From the NCBI GenBank assembly GCA_030390025.1, contig CM059432.1:86740001-86804000 (forward strand): DNA of 64,000 nucleotides, read 5' to 3'. A model generated the notes under the pieces. The model did no database searches and was not told the origin of the DNA. It was given only the letters and a program-made list of their open reading frames with translations. Source of the DNA: Squalus acanthias (lineage: Eukaryota). Every line of letters begins with the position of its first letter. Positions within the stretch are counted from its first letter, which is position 1. The position numbers and the translations under genes were made by a program. Positions 1-12,526 of this stretch are shown here, one piece after another.

Positions 1-330
1 AGGGCAGGGGGGCACCTTAGAGGAAGTTTGGCTCGGTGGGCTATGGGAAGGATATGTGTTTGGGAGTTTACATGGAGGCAGAGATTAAGGGAGGATAGGA
101 GGGTAGTGAACTCAGAGGAGAGAGAGCATGATGAATTGAGATGGAGGTTGAAATCACCGAGGATGAGAAATCGCTCGATGCAGAGGCTGAGGGAGGAAAG
201 CAGTGAGGATATCTCGGTGAAAACATTCTTATGGTACTTGGGTGGGCGGTAGAGAATGAAAATTTTAAATGAGAGCTGAGGGGGTGGAATAAGATGAGAT
301 GCTCAACGTGCTATACATGCAGTACTATTA
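1..330 (-). mobile_element. L2/CR1-group LINE fragment, AP-endonuclease domain
   Basis: Minus strand reads ILYRPPKYHKNVFTEISSLLSSLSLCIERFLILGDFNLHL, containing the YRPP and GDFN APE motifs; runs off the window edge. Confidence 0.75.
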
Positions 331-761
331 CAGCCTGTCCCAAATTCAAATATAAAATGGTAATTCTACTGGCCCACATTTTTGTGGGTTTCATTCACTA
401 ACTTGTCTAAATTTAAATGGAAAACTATGTAACCAGACTCCGTCTCTTTTTGCAATAGGAATTGTGGATCTCCAGCTCCCAGAGAAGGGGGCAAGAACAA
501 CAGCATTAAGGTAAAGCAAATGGGGGAGTGCAGCAAACCTAGGCCATGGCTTGAGGCACCATAAAAGTGGCTAATTTCAAATGAAGGCTGAAAACTACAT
601 CCTGGCTTTACCTGGGAGTAAGTTTGTCTATCATGGGACAAGTTTTAAAAGTGACAGTCAACCAACCATATTGCAAACAAAGCACACTATAGCATGTGGA
701 CAGGTAAAAGTCAGAATTTTGTATACTGAATGCTTATGCACACTTCTCTGTAACATCTCCT

Positions 762-862
762 GGTTCTGACAAAAGGCCATTGACCTGAAACGTTAACCCT
801 ACCTTCCTCTCTCCACAGATGCTGCCTGATCTGCTGAGTGTTTCCAGCATTTTCTGTTTTTA
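762..862 (+). mobile_element. Penelope-like terminal fragment (family A) with a degenerate minimal hammerhead motif
   Basis: GGTT-CTGACAA-A-AGGCCATTGACCT-GAAA-CGTT-AACC followed by the same tail as at 7794-7915 and 59152-59225. The core has G8>A. Confidence 0.7.
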
Positions 863-1307
863 ATTGTGGAATGCTGTCATTTTTTTCATCTTCTCTCCTC
901 TTTTCAACCTTTCCATGATGAGAGGAACTTTCTGCCACTTCAATTGTGCACGTTAATTCAGTTTTCTCTCATACTCATTATCTCATCCCAACCAGTTCCC
1001 CCAATGATGCCATTAGGTATTATACAACTGGCCCAGGAAAGATTTACGGTACTTTTATATTGCACAAAATCCATGCTATTGCCGCTGAATTCTCCAAGCA
1101 CAGGTGTTGCACAGCCAGCTACAAGCCAAATATAAAACCAATAGGACTCGCTGATACTGGCCATCAGAAAGACTAGTTTTTAGCGGTTTCAGTTCTTGGG
1201 GAATCTGGTGACACTAGCGCAACATAAAAGCAGCTTTACCTTCCTTCTCTGTAGGAAAGCAGCTAGAATCTCCTCTGTGCCACCACCGACATCTGCCCTG
1301 AAGCAAG

Positions 1308-1472
1308 GTTGGCCCAGTTGGCAGCAGTAATTTGTGGGTTTAAGCCCCAAACCAATATTTGAGCACATAATCTAGGCTGGCACTCCAGCTCAGTATGAAG
1401 GAGTGCATCATTTAAGTGTTGTCCTTAGATTAAACTGAGGCCCTGTCTACTTGTTCAGGTGAACATTAAAAA
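1308..1472 (+). mobile_element. Degenerate DeuSINE (SacSINE1-like), 5' part
   Basis: TTGAGCACATAATCTAGGCTGGCACTCCAG...TTAAACTGAGGCCCTGTCT matches the reverse complement of the better copy at 20355-20640. Confidence 0.55.
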
Positions 1473-2708
1473 GCAAACTAAAATGGGCTGTCATCCTGGA
1501 AGGATGAAATCAAATGGTCCAATGAGTCTTTATCTGAGCCCATCTTGTAAGAACCTGTCTTGTGGGAGGGGTGAGGGGCCGGGGGAAGAGTACAAACCCA
1601 CATTCCATCACTTGATCAAATAATCCATTATTAAATATATTGTGTGAACCAACTTTCATTATTTTGACATTGTATTAGATTTAACATGTTCATTATTTTC
1701 TTTTCCAAACATTTCTGAGTAGAACTAGTCCACCAATTAGTCTGCCTTGTACAATACAAGCAATTTATTTATTATCACATCATTTAAAATACATTTTTAA
1801 AACCACCTTCAATAAATATTGCATAGGAGAGATTTATGACTGTTGCTTGCTTTTCTAGTTTGCTTAGAGACATAGTGGATTCTGTACATTAGATTAATAC
1901 CATGAAAACAACTCTACTAGATATACAAAGGAAGCTAGTTCCAGATTTTTAAAAATATTTAAAATAACTCAGTATGTTACACACCGCAAAAAGTAAATGG
2001 CAACACTTTCAAGGCAGCTGATCATATGTGAACTACATTAACAGAACTATTGGATTAATAACTGTGATAAAACACTAAGGAATTTTACACAACGTGTTAA
2101 TGTAATACCAGAGATAATTAATTCCCTTGATTGGAATTATTCGTTCATACAACACAGAACCTTATTAATTTTACAACTCTAACTCAATGATAGGCAATTA
2201 TGTCCTTTGAATGCCAATCAGAACTAGAAATTGTCAGTGTAATTGTGCAGCTGACAAAACTCAGAAGGCTCCAGAACTCTCCAGAGCATTGGTAATACAC
2301 TACAGTACTATAAAATAAATTTCAAAAACAAAGTTGGTGTACACTGAAGTTAAAGGCCACAATGTAATTGAAGGATTACATCATAAATTATTGGAGATGC
2401 AGACCTCCTCTTCTCCAACTGAATTGCAGACCTTAAACTCCCAAACACCCACTGCTGTACATATTTTACTTGAATGCCCAGCAAACATTACAAATTCTAA
2501 ATTTAATGTCGTCAGATCTTGGTGGATTATGGTTATTATGTAAACTGGCTCACATAAACAGCGTAAATACATTAAGTGATTATTCAAACTGGTCAAACAT
2601 GTTTCATCTTCCATTACCTTCACAGATCACTTTGTATCAAATGGTCAGTTGAAAGCATCACTAATCTTAAATTCAAGAGAGCATGCAGATTGAAAAAAGA
2701 TGTCTCAC

Positions 2709-2910
2709 CTGGTGAGTTATTAATAGAAGCAGTAGAATCCACAAGCCCAGCTGCAGGACTGACACAGCTGGAAGTTGAGGCTGGGACTGACCCATTCACT
2801 GGAGACTGCAGAGCCAGAGGACCTGCACTAGTAACCGGTGGTGACTGCACCGTGGCACCCAGGGTAGATCCTGACAGGTTTACTGCAGTCTGAACTTTAA
2901 CTTGCGCCAT
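2709..2910 (-). CDS. First coding exon of an unidentified host gene (exon 2709-2919; S/T/P/A-rich, probably disordered N-terminus, 67 codons, phase-1 end)
   Basis: Acceptor TTTTTTTGCAG|TGATAGAGA-ATG with a branch-point-like TTAAC upstream. In-frame TGA TAG lie just before a strong-Kozak AGAATGG. Donor CCAG|GTGAGA at 2708. Non-repetitive, GC-richer than flanks; encodes MAQVKVQTAVNLSGSTLGATVQSPP...NNSP. Confidence 0.75.
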
Positions 2911-3100
2911 TCTCTATCACTGCAAAAAAATATATGTTAATGAGCTGAATGGGCCTATAATAATAAAAGAAAAAATGAATTGTAATTAATATAAGCTGGT
3001 GAAAATGTCACATGCAAGACAGAATACTGTTCTAGAAATTGAAATAATCTGCAACAATCATTGGCTCTAATATTTCATTCATGTTTGCAGCAAACTCATT

Positions 3101-3456
3101 GGGCCATAATTTGCCGTAACAGGGCATCTAACTTTAGTTAGTTTGCCCTTGTACATTTATGTTTTTTTCAATTTTTGCGTGGCAAGTTGCTGAAAGTGCG
3201 AACTGATAACGCCGCAGCGAGGGAAACTGGGCATCTGGGACCTGAGTGAACAGAGCAAGCAACTGTGTGTCTCCATAACCAATCAGATTGAAGGATTGTG
3301 AAATTAACAGCACAATAACTGAGAAGGAAGTGTAAGCTAGAATGGGTGAATTCAATGTCAAATCAGGTACAGAAAGAGGAAAAAAGAGAGGGAAAGAAAG
3401 ACTGGATTAAGAGAGCAAGAGAGAGAGAAGGAGAGAAGGAGAGAAAGAGAGAAAGA
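3101..3456 (+). mobile_element. Truncated PIF/Harbinger-like MITE
   Basis: ATT|GGGCCATAATTTG terminus like the other MITEs, then a subterminal hairpin AGGGCATCTAAC...GTTAGTTTGCCCT; ends in an AG-rich tract with no second TIR seen. Confidence 0.4.
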
Positions 3457-3553
3457 GCTTTACAGTCAATGAAGTACTTTTGAAGTGGAGTCACTGTTGT
3501 AATGTGGGACACGCGGCAGCCAATTTGCACACAGCAAGGTCCCACAAACAGCA
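3457..3553 (-). mobile_element. DeuSINE 3' fragment
   Basis: AATGAAGTACTTTTGAAGT..AGTCACTGTTGTAATG...GCAGCCAATTTGCAC, shared with 14650-14810 and (inverted) 62183-62298. Confidence 0.65.
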
Positions 3554-4309
3554 GTTTTCCAATGCAAACTAGGTCAAGTTTACAGGAAGCTAAAGTACTT
3601 TGTCTAATTACAGATAAACTAATTACAGATAAACACTTAACTATACACAACTTCAGATGCCTATTGGATATCACTATTTTTTCTATCAATCACCTTGGTC
3701 AAACATCTAATAAACACATTAAATCCCATCATTCAAACCCCAGGGAAGGGAACAGGAAGAAATAATAAGCCTTCAAAACCTTTTACCTGGCAACAATATC
3801 GCTATGATTTTCAACTGCGCACTCCACAATAACTGTACAGCTTGATAAAATCCTAGCAAACATAACATTTGATTTCAAATTCACATGGACTCGAGTCCCA
3901 CTCATAAATTTGTTCATTATTCTTAAAGAATAGTACCCAACCTCAAGAAATAAAAATCACTCAAGTAGAGCTCCACACAAATTAGGGCTCTATATTACCA
4001 GAAACAATATAGAAATTAGCCGCATATTAAAACATCTCATTTTCTGGGCCAGATTGTTCCACGAGTTAAACAACTCATAACTGCATCTGGAATACCCGAA
4101 CTTCTTTGAACAATTGAACATAAATAGTGATATACAGTAGGTATTTGAAAGTGTGTACAGTAAATATTATGTCTTGCTTACTAACACTTACTAAACGTGC
4201 TCAAATAAGGTAGCGGAGGTCAAATGATAATATAACCTTGAGGAAGCAGGGGTCTAAATTCACACTTCTACCCTCTGATTAGGGGAATGATGTTCTGAGG
4301 GGGAAGAGA

Positions 4310-4426
4310 GTACTCAGTGGAGTATCCCAGCGATCAGTACTCTGGCCCCTACTATTCCGAATCTACATTAACAACCTGGATTCAGAAAACCAATGTACAA
4401 CTGATCAAATCTGCTTATACTAAACT
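4310..4426 (+). mobile_element. Old CR1 RT fragment, left half, interrupted by the Gypsy element
   Basis: Degenerate [21 protein letters not shown]...TKL; resumes at ~13691 (WANQWQMKF). Confidence 0.65.
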
Positions 4427-4548
4427 TGTAATATATGTGGGCAGAACAAATGAAGGACAGAGATACGAGTTGCTCGTCCATGTGCTTGCTTTATTAGGCC
4501 AGAGCGAACTGAGCATGCTCATACTAAACCATGTGATAATACATTACA
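4427..4548 (-). repeat. Gypsy 3' LTR (~122 bp), preceded on the minus strand by a PPT at 4549-4562
   Basis: TGTAAT...ATTACA inverted termini; direct repeat of 12391-12526; AATAAA on the minus strand; PPT AAGGAGGAAAGCAG abuts it. Confidence 0.88.
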
Positions 4549-5287
4549 CTGCTTTCCTCCTTAAAAAAATGTACGTATTCATGATCAAGTGGTTCAAGAT
4601 CACTGTCCAATCCAGGCCAATAAACAAAGCTTCTTACAATTGATTTCATACTGACGGTCCCTGGATGTTCAGTATGAAGTTCGGCCAGAATTCTCTCTCT
4701 CAAAGAAGTAGGTACCACCACTTTGTTTCCCCATTTGATACAACTTTGCTCACGAGACAATTCAGTACGGCGGTTATGGAATGGTTTCAACTCTGTGTCC
4801 AGACACTGATCAGTCCATCCATTCAAGGTGTTTTCATACACTCTTTTCAGTACTGAGTCCTTTTGAGTCTCATCTGCAATCTCAGTTACATTCACGGAAA
4901 AGTCTTTGTCAATTGCACCTAGTGTGAAAATAGCACCTTCAATCCCAACACAAGTCCTCATGTGGCAACCAGGACAAGGCATCTGCGAATACGTTTTGCT
5001 TTGAAATGCGATATTCAATCGTGTAGTCATATTGTGACAACAACACTGCCCAACGTTGCAATCTTGATGTGGCCATTACAGGGATGGCAGATTTGGGCCC
5101 CAATATTGCTAGCAGCGGTTTGTGATCGGTTATCAGGGTAAACTTTCTGCCGATCAGGAATTGTTGGAATTTCTTGATTCCAAACACAATGGCAAGTACT
5201 TCCTTTTCAATTTGCGCGTAGTTTCTTTCGCTCTTTGTGAGGTTTCGCGATGCGAACGCATTTGGTTTCTCTTGGTGGTCATCCATT

Positions 5288-5648
5288 CTCTCTTCTTCTC
5301 TCTCTTAGGCAGTCCCTCGGAACCAAGGATGACTTGCTTTCACATTAAAAATGAGTTCGCAGGTGACTGATGAGTCCAATGCGGGACCTACAGTCTCTGT
5401 CACAGGTGGGGCAGATGGTGGTTGAAGGGGCGGGTGGGTGGGGTGCTTGGGTTGACGTGCGCTCCTTCCGCTTGGCTTCCGCTTGCTCCCGGCGAAGAGA
5501 CTCGAGGTGCTCGGCGCCTTCCCGGATGCTTCTCCTCCACTTTGTGCGGTCTTGGGCCAGGGATTCCCAGGTGTCAGTGGGGATGTTACACTTTTTCAAG
5601 GAGGCTTTGAGGGTGTCCTTGAAGCGTTTCCTCTGCCCACCTGCCCAC
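5288..5648 (-). mobile_element. RTE-clade LINE 3' fragment inserted in Gypsy RNase H
   Basis: Near-identical to 37775-38130; encodes GGQRKRFKDTLK...CPTCDRDCRSRIGLISHLRTH; short AAG/AG-rich tail; splits Gypsy ISYVM|DDHQEKP. Confidence 0.9.
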
Positions 5649-5924
5649 ATTACGTAGCTTATGACAGCTCCCACACCATAGCTAGAAGCATCACACGCTA
5701 ACTTAAGCTCACGCACTGTGTCGTAGCGCACAAGTGGAGCATCGCTAGAGGGACTCCTCTTACAAGCATCATAAGCTTCCTGTTGCGCTTTCGTCCACTT
5801 CCATTGGACATCCTTCTTGAGGAGCTCGTGCAATGGAGCTAACATGGCCGCTAACTCAGGTAAGAAACGTGTGTAGTACTGAACCATTCCAAGGAAAGAT
5901 CTTAAGTGAGACACGTTCTGTGCA

Positions 5925-6320
5925 TTTTTTTTAATTCATTCACAGGATGTGGGCGTCGCTGGCAAGGCTAGCAATTATTGCCCATTCCTAATTGCCCTTG
6001 AATGGCTTGCTAGGCCATTTCAGAGGGCAGTTAAGAGTCAACCACATTGCTGTGGGTCTGGAGTCACATATAAGCCAGACCTGGTAAGGGCGGCAGATTT
6101 CCTTCCCTAAAGGACATTAGTGAACCAGATGGGTTTTTACGACAATCCGGTAGTTTCATGGTCACCATTATTGATACTAGCTTTTTATTCCAGATTTGTT
6201 TAAATAACTGAATTTAAATTCCCCAGCTGCCGTGGTGGGATTTAAACTCTTGTCACTGGATTATTAGTCCAGGCCTCTGGATTACTAGTCCAGTAACATA
6301 ACCACTATGCTACTGTGCCC
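5925..6320 (-). mobile_element. Full-length tRNA-derived SINE with LINE-derived tail (body possibly MetaSINE-type)
   Basis: Head GGGCACAGTAGCATAGTGG (A box)...GAGTTTAAATCCC (B-box-like); tail GCCAGCGACGCCCACATCC.GTGAATGAAT(A)n shared with the LINE end at 50952-51207. Confidence 0.8.
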
Positions 6321-6950
6321 TGAACAGCATCAACCTTTTCCTTCACTGGTTGCAAGCCATTTGCATCAACTTTCAGGCTAAGGTTCACAACCTCAGGCTG
6401 CACAAAAGCACATTTGCTCCTTTTCAATTTGACATTGTGGGCATTCAACCTTTGAAGCACTATATCCAACACTTCTAGGTTTTCTTCCTCACTGCTTGTT
6501 GCGATCAGCACATCGTCTTGATTGCATAAGCAATTAGGAAATCCTTGCAAAATCTTATCCATCGTAGCCTGGAAGATTTTGGGGGAGGACTTTACACCAC
6601 ATATGGCAGCTTGGTATATGAGTACAGTCCCTTGTGTGTGTTGATGGTGAGATACTGTTGACTCTCTGTCAACATTCAGCTGAGCGGAAGCATGCGACAG
6701 GTCAAGCTTGGAGAAAATCTTTGACCCACAGAGTGCTGCATACAAATCTTGCGATGTAGGTAACAGGTACTGCTCATTGTCAACTGCTTGGTTGATGGTA
6801 ACTTTGTAGTCACCGCACAAGCGTAGAGTTTTGTCTGCTTTGGGCACTACCACAATCAGGGTAGCCCATTCACTTTTGTCAGTTTTTACTAGCACTCCGT
6901 TCTCTTTGAGCTTTGCTAGCTCTTCCTCCACTTGACCTTACAACGCATAG

Positions 6951-9900
6951 AGTCAGAGAGTCATAACGGCACAGAAGGAGGCCATTCGGCCCATCGAGTC
7001 CGTGCCGGCTCTATGTAGAGCAATCCAGTCAGTCCCATTCCCCCGCTCTATCCCCGTAGCCCTGCAAGTTTATTTCCCTCAAGTGCCTCTTCAGTCTCCC
7101 CTTGAAAACATTGAGTGTCTCCGCTTTCACCACTTCCGTCGGCAGCAAGTTCCAGGTCATCACCACTCGCTGTGTAAAAAAGTTTTTCCTCACGTCCCCC
7201 CTGTATCTCTTGCCCAAAACCTTAAATCTGTGTCCCCTAGTCCTAGTACCATCAACTAGTGGGAACAGCCTTTCCCCATCTAGCCTATCCAAACCCGTCA
7301 TAATCTTGTGCACCTCTATCAAATCACCCCTCAACCTCCTTTGCTCTAATGAAAACAAATCCAGCTTCTGTAACCTGTCCTTGTAGCTAAGATCCCCCAT
7401 CCCTGGAACCATTCTTCTGAATCTGCTCTGCACCCTCTCAAGGGCCTTCACATCCTTCCTAAAGTGTGGTGACCAGAACTGGACGCAATACTCCAGTTGT
7501 GGCCTAACCAGCGCTTTATAAAGGTTCAGCATAACTTCTCTACTTTTGTACTCAATACCTCTATTTATGAAGCCCAAGATCCCATATGCTTTGTTAACCA
7601 CTCTCTCAATATGTCCTGCCACCTTCAGGGATCTATGCACATTAACTCCCAGGTCCCTCATCCCTGCACACTCTTTAAAACTGTGCCATTAAGTGTATAA
7701 TAACAACAGAAAACACTGGAAAAACTCAGCAGGCCAGGCAGCATCCATGGAGAGAGAAACAGAGTTAACGTTTCAGGTTGAAGACCTTTCGTCAGGTCTT
7801 CGACCTGAAACGTTAACTCTGTTTCTCTCTCCACGGATGCTGCCTGGCTTGCTGAGTTTTTCCAGCGTTTTCTGTTGTTATTTCGGATTTCCAGTATCCA
7901 CAGTATTTTGCTATCCCATTAAGTGTATATTGCCTCTCCCTGTTCCTTCTGCCAAAATGCATCACCTCACACTTCTCTGTATTAAATTCCATCTGCCACT
8001 TGTCTGCCCATTCTGCTAGCCTTTCTATGTCCTGTTGCAGTCGATTGATATCATCATCACTGTTTGCCACACTCCCAAGTTTGGTGTCATCGGCAATTTT
8101 AGAAATTCTACTCTGTCTTCCAATATCCAGGTCATTTATATATATCAAAAAAGCAGTGGCCCCAGCACTGACCCTTGGGGAACACCACTGTCTACCATCC
8201 TTCAGTCTGAAAAACAGCCATTTACCACAACTCGCTGTTTTCTGTCCTTATCCAAGCTGCCACTGACCCACCTATTCCATGAGACTCAATTTTGTTAACC
8301 AGCTTTCTATGTGGTACTTTGTCAAAAGCCTTCCTAAAATCCATGTAGACAACATCCAATGCATTCCCTTCATCAATCCTCTGTTAGTTCATCAAAAAAT
8401 TAAATTAATTAGTCAAACACGATCTGCCTTTTACAAACCCATGTTGGCTCTCCTTAATTAACTTAAACCTCTTCAAATGCCCGTTAATTTTTGCCTTGAT
8501 TATTGTTTCTAAAACTTTACCCACAACTGATGTTAAACTGACCGGCCTGTAGTTACTAGGATTGTCCTTACACCTTTTCTTGAACAATGGTGTCACATTT
8601 GCCACTTTGCAATCCTCAGGCACCTCCCCCACATCTAGGGAAGATTGGAAAATTATGGCAAGCCCTTCCGCTATCTCCTCCCCCAATTCCCTTAGCAACC
8701 TGGGATGCAAGCCATCTGGACCAGGCGGCTTGTCCACTCTAAGCATACCCAGCCTTTCGAGTACATCCTGTCTATCAATTTTCACCCCTTCCATTGCTTC
8801 TGCCTTTTCCACTTCGACTGATATTTTGTCAGCATCCACATCCTTAGTAAACACCGATACAAAGTACTCATTGAGTATTCTAGCCTTGCCCTGCACCCCT
8901 AAGCATATATCACCTTCTTTGTCTCTAATAGGCCCCACCCCGCCTCTTACTACCCACTTACTGTTTACATGCCGGTAGAAGATTTTTGGGTTCCCTTTTA
9001 TGTTAACCGCCATTCTACTCTCATATTCTCTCTTTGCCAATCTTATTTTCATTTGGTCTGGTTCTCCCTTGAAGAATTCACCTGACATGCATCATACACC
9101 CTCTTTTTTTGTTTCATCGTCTTCTCTATCTCCTTCGTCATCCAAGGAGCCCTTGCTTTGGTTCTCTTACCCTTCCCTCTTGTTGAAATGTACCTAGCCT
9201 GTACTTGGAACATCTCCTCTTTAAAGATCACCCATTGTTCCGTTACAGTTTTTCCTGTCAGTCTTTGGTTCTATTTTACCCTGGCTCGATCCTTTCGCAT
9301 CCCATTGAAGTTAGCCCTATTCCAGTTTAGAAGTTCCACTCTAGATTGTTCCTTGCTCCTCTCCATTGCTAATCTAAATCTTATGGTACGATGATCACTT
9401 GTACCCAAGTGTTCTCCCACAGACACTTGATCGACCTGGCCCACCTCATTCCCCAGCACCAGATCCAGCAATGCCTCCTTCCTAGTTGGGCCAAGAACAT
9501 ATTGGTCAAGCAAATTCTCCTGAACACATTTCAGAAATTCCTCCCCCTCCTTTCCCTTTACCCTAGCATTATCCCAATCGATATTTGGGTAATTAAAGTC
9601 CCCCAATATAACCACTCTATAGCTCTTGCATATTTCTGCGATTTCCCTGCAGATTTGCTCCTCTACCTTCCTCTCACTATTTGGAGGCCTATAGAATACC
9701 CCCAATAGCGTGATCATACCCTTTTTGCTCCTCAACTCTAACCAAATGGATTCTGTCCTTGTCCCCTCAACAACATCCTCCCTTTCCACCACTACAATGT
9801 CTTCCTTAATCAGCACCGCCACCCCACCTCCCTTTTTTCCTTCCCTATCTTTTCTGAACACCTTGAATATTAAGTGCCCAGTCCTCACCATTTTTAAGCT

Positions 9901-10799
9901 ACGTTTCCGTTATTGCCACAACATCATATTTGCCACATGGCTAATTGTGTTCGTAGCTCACCAACCTTATTCACCACACTTTGTGCGTTTACGTACATGC
10001 ATTCTAAGCCCATTTTTGAATTTTTCGTAGTCTTTCTTGGTCTGCTCCTATCTAATATGGTACTACTACCGCCTCTAGTACTATCTTCTCTAGTACTATC
10101 CAACACACTCACTCTTTTATGCACCTTATTCCTCTTTTCTACTCCTATATGCTGGTGCCCATCCCCCTGCCAAGCTAGTTTAAACCCTCCCCAATAGCAC
10201 TAACAAACCTCCCCGCGAGAATATTGGTCCTGGCTCTGTTGAAGTGTAACCCGTCCAGCTTGTACAGGTCCCACCTTCCCCAGAAACGGTCCCAATGCCT
10301 CAGGAATCTAAATCCCTCCCTCCTGCACCATCTCTCCAGCCAATCTTTCATCTGTCCTATCCTCCTATTCCTGTACTCACTAGCACGTAGCACCAGGAGT
10401 AATCCGGAGATTACTACCTTTGAGGTCCTGCTTTTTAATCTCTCTCCTAGCTCCCTAAACTCTGCCTGCAAGACCTCATCCCTCTTTCTGCCTATGTCAT
10501 TGGTACCGATATGGACAATGACCTCTGGCTGTTCACCCTCCCCCCTCAGAGTGTCCTGCAGCCTTCAGTGACATCCTTGACCCTGGCACCAGGGAGGCAA
10601 CATACCATCCTGGAGTCACGTCTACGGCCGCAGAAACACCTGTCTGCTCCCCTAACTATCGAATCCCCTACCACTATTGCTCTTCCACTCTATTTCCTTC
10701 CCCCCGTGCAGCTGAGCCACCCATGGTGCCGTGGACTTGACTCTGGCTGCACTCCCCAGAGGAACCATCGACCTCACCAGTACTCAGAACAGAATACTG
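6951..10799 (-). mobile_element. Near full-length CR1 LINE (partial ORF1 SGNH esterase plus ORF2 APE-RT) inside Gypsy
   Basis: ORF1 DGLHFN; ORF2 [46 protein letters not shown] duplicated at 6945-6950 and 10800-10805 (TSD), splitting Gypsy VPYA|L. Confidence 0.93.
7700..7915. mobile_element. Penelope-like fold-back mini-insertion (family A) with a hammerhead core on the minus strand
   Basis: ~90-bp inverted arms around loop 7788-7793; 14-bp TSD CCATTAAGTGTATA (7686-7699, 7916-7929); minus strand reads CTGACGA-A-AGGTCTTCAACCT-GAAA-CGTT. Confidence 0.85.
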
Positions 10800-10805
10800 G
10801 CATAG

Positions 10806-12200
10806 GGGACCAACCTTGCCTTACAATAGACAAGCTTCGCGTTGGACTTGATGCGGATATGGGCGTCATACCCAATGATGCCATCAGAACTGTCTGAGAA
10901 CATGCTTTTGTACTTGTTCAACATTGTGTCGAGTCGCTTCTTTGAAGCATCTACACTAAAGACGTTTTTTGAGTCTAGTTTTAACTTTCTCAATCAGTCT
11001 TTGCCCATGAGAGTTGGCCTGTTGATAGGCAGCTTTACTGACTGGCCATCGTGTTGAACTGTACATTCCATTTGTCCACATGTCTCTAGGATTTCTCCGG
11101 AGTAGGTTTTTAACTCTACGGTACTCTTTGTAAGTGATATTTGATTAAACTTACTCTCATATGTGTCCTTACTCATGATAGAGCAGTCCACTGCCGTGAC
11201 GATACACATATCAATATATTGCTCGTTGATCAAAAGTTTTGTACGGAGGTCTTTCTCACGACTGCTAGCGTTGCCGCTCGTGGCATAGATACTGATGCCT
11301 AGTTCTTCAACATCAGGTGTGTTCACTTCAACATTGTGAACTCCTCCCTTTTGTTGTTGCTGCTTTGCATTGCCACTCGAATAGTTCTTACTTCCTGCTT
11401 TAGATCTAGCTCTGCAAGCTGTTGAAATATGGCCTTGCTTCTAGCAGTGAAACACTTCGCATTTCTGTATTGGCAGGATTGTGGGGAGTGATTTCCATTG
11501 AAGCGATAACAATTCACTGCACTGCTCTCACTGACAAGTTTTTGACTCGGTCTCACAGCTTTAGGTTTGGTGGTGGCTTTGTGACTGTAGACCTCAGCTG
11601 CACTAGTCACTTGAGTTGGACAGAGCTCCCTAGCATTCTTAGACGCCATCTCCATAGATAGGGCAATTTTGCATGCTATGTCAAACGTTAGGTTAGGAGT
11701 GTTCAGTCACTTGGACTATGCTCGCTCATCCACCAGTCCACACACAAACTTATCTCGCAATGCACGATCCAAAAATGTGCTGAAGTTACAGTGCAAAGAC
11801 AGGTTCTTAAGAGCTACAATGTACTCACTGATGGTTTCACTTTGTTTTTGGTTTCTGGTACCAAACTTATAGCTCTCTGCTATTTCTAATGGCTTTGGGT
11901 CAAAATGGTCCTTGAGTTTCTCGACAATGTCTTCAAACAACGCATCCTTCGCTTTCCCTGGCGCGAGTAGGTTTGTCAACGTTCCATAGAAATCTGGCCC
12001 AATCTGTGTTTGAAAAATTGCTTTCTTCCTTTCACGAATTACTTTATTTTGAGCTTGATCATTCTCATCTGCACCTTCAGTCTCAATAATGTTATTGGCC
12101 CTAAAAAACATCTCCATTCACTCAACAGTAAGAACTGTATGGTTCGCGAGCTCGGTCATACATGCCGATGTTTCCAATGTACCTGTGAGAATCAACGCCA
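10806..12200 (-). pseudogene. Gypsy gag-protease relic
   Basis: ORFs 11716-12117 (gag), 11323-11655 (CYRFNGNH..C zinc knuckle), 10994-11326 (protease, ELKTYSGE) and 10784-10993 (linker, KARLVPYA). Confidence 0.85.
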
Positions 12201-12369
12201 CTGTTGCTGTGCATACATACATGTGAAGGCAAAGCACAGACGATTCTGCATGAGTATTAACGATAAAACATCTCAAAAATTCAGGATAGGTTTCACAAAT
12301 TCACCTTAAACTTTTCCACTCGAAGGTTGAACACTGTGTCCTTCCATGATCCCTAAAAATGGCTTTGGG

Positions 12370-12387
12370 ATCCCATCCTCGTTGCCA
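12370..12387 (-). promoter_or_regulatory. Primer-binding site complementary to the 3' end of tRNA-Ser(GCT)
   Basis: TGGCAACGAGGATGGGAT 3 nt after the LTR; one mismatch to the vertebrate tRNA-Ser(GCT) end ATCCCATCCTCGTCGCCA as recalled. Confidence 0.8.
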
Positions 12388-12390
12388 AAA

Positions 12391-12526
12391 TATGATATAT
12401 GTGGGTAGACAAATGAAAGACAGAGACACAATGAGTTGCTAGGCAAGGTGCTTGCTTTATTAGGCCAGAGCGAACTGAGCATGCTCATACCAAACCATGT
12501 GACAAACCATGTGATAATACATTACA
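12391..12526 (-). repeat. Internal/5' Gypsy LTR (~136 bp) flanked by both a PPT (12527-12540) and a PBS
   Basis: Direct repeat of 4427-4548 with substitutions and a duplicated AAACCATGTGA. Confidence 0.88.

Larger units (their letters stand above)
4604..6944 (-). pseudogene. Gypsy pol relic (RT, RNase H, integrase N-terminal zinc-finger half), broken by frameshifts and RTE and SINE insertions
   Basis: ORFs 6305-6931, 5345-5914 (first part), 4939-5286 and 4524-5030. Confidence 0.88.

Noticed and set aside
1240..1298. Possible next minus-strand exon (CTTCAG...AAG|GTAAAG)
   Set aside because: Joining it to the phase-1 end of the 2709 exon gives an in-frame TAG; weak polypyrimidine tract.
5364..5397. 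Hammerhead-like GA-CUGAUGA-GUCC(aaugcg)GGAC in the RTE antisense strand (also at ~37845)
   Set aside because: The required GAAA after stem II is absent (CUAC instead), and the sequence is explained by the coding motif SRIGLISH.
5345..5914. 189-aa ORF fusing Gypsy RT/RNase H linker to an RTE C2H2 finger, as a possible new chimeric gene
   Set aside because: Accidental in-frame junction from the RTE insertion; non-ATG start, no promoter or splice support, and the flanking pol is frameshifted.
6225..6320. tRNA-like sequences (also 16928-17010 and 20570-20640)
   Set aside because: These are SINE heads with A/B boxes but no complete cloverleaf, and they continue into SINE bodies.
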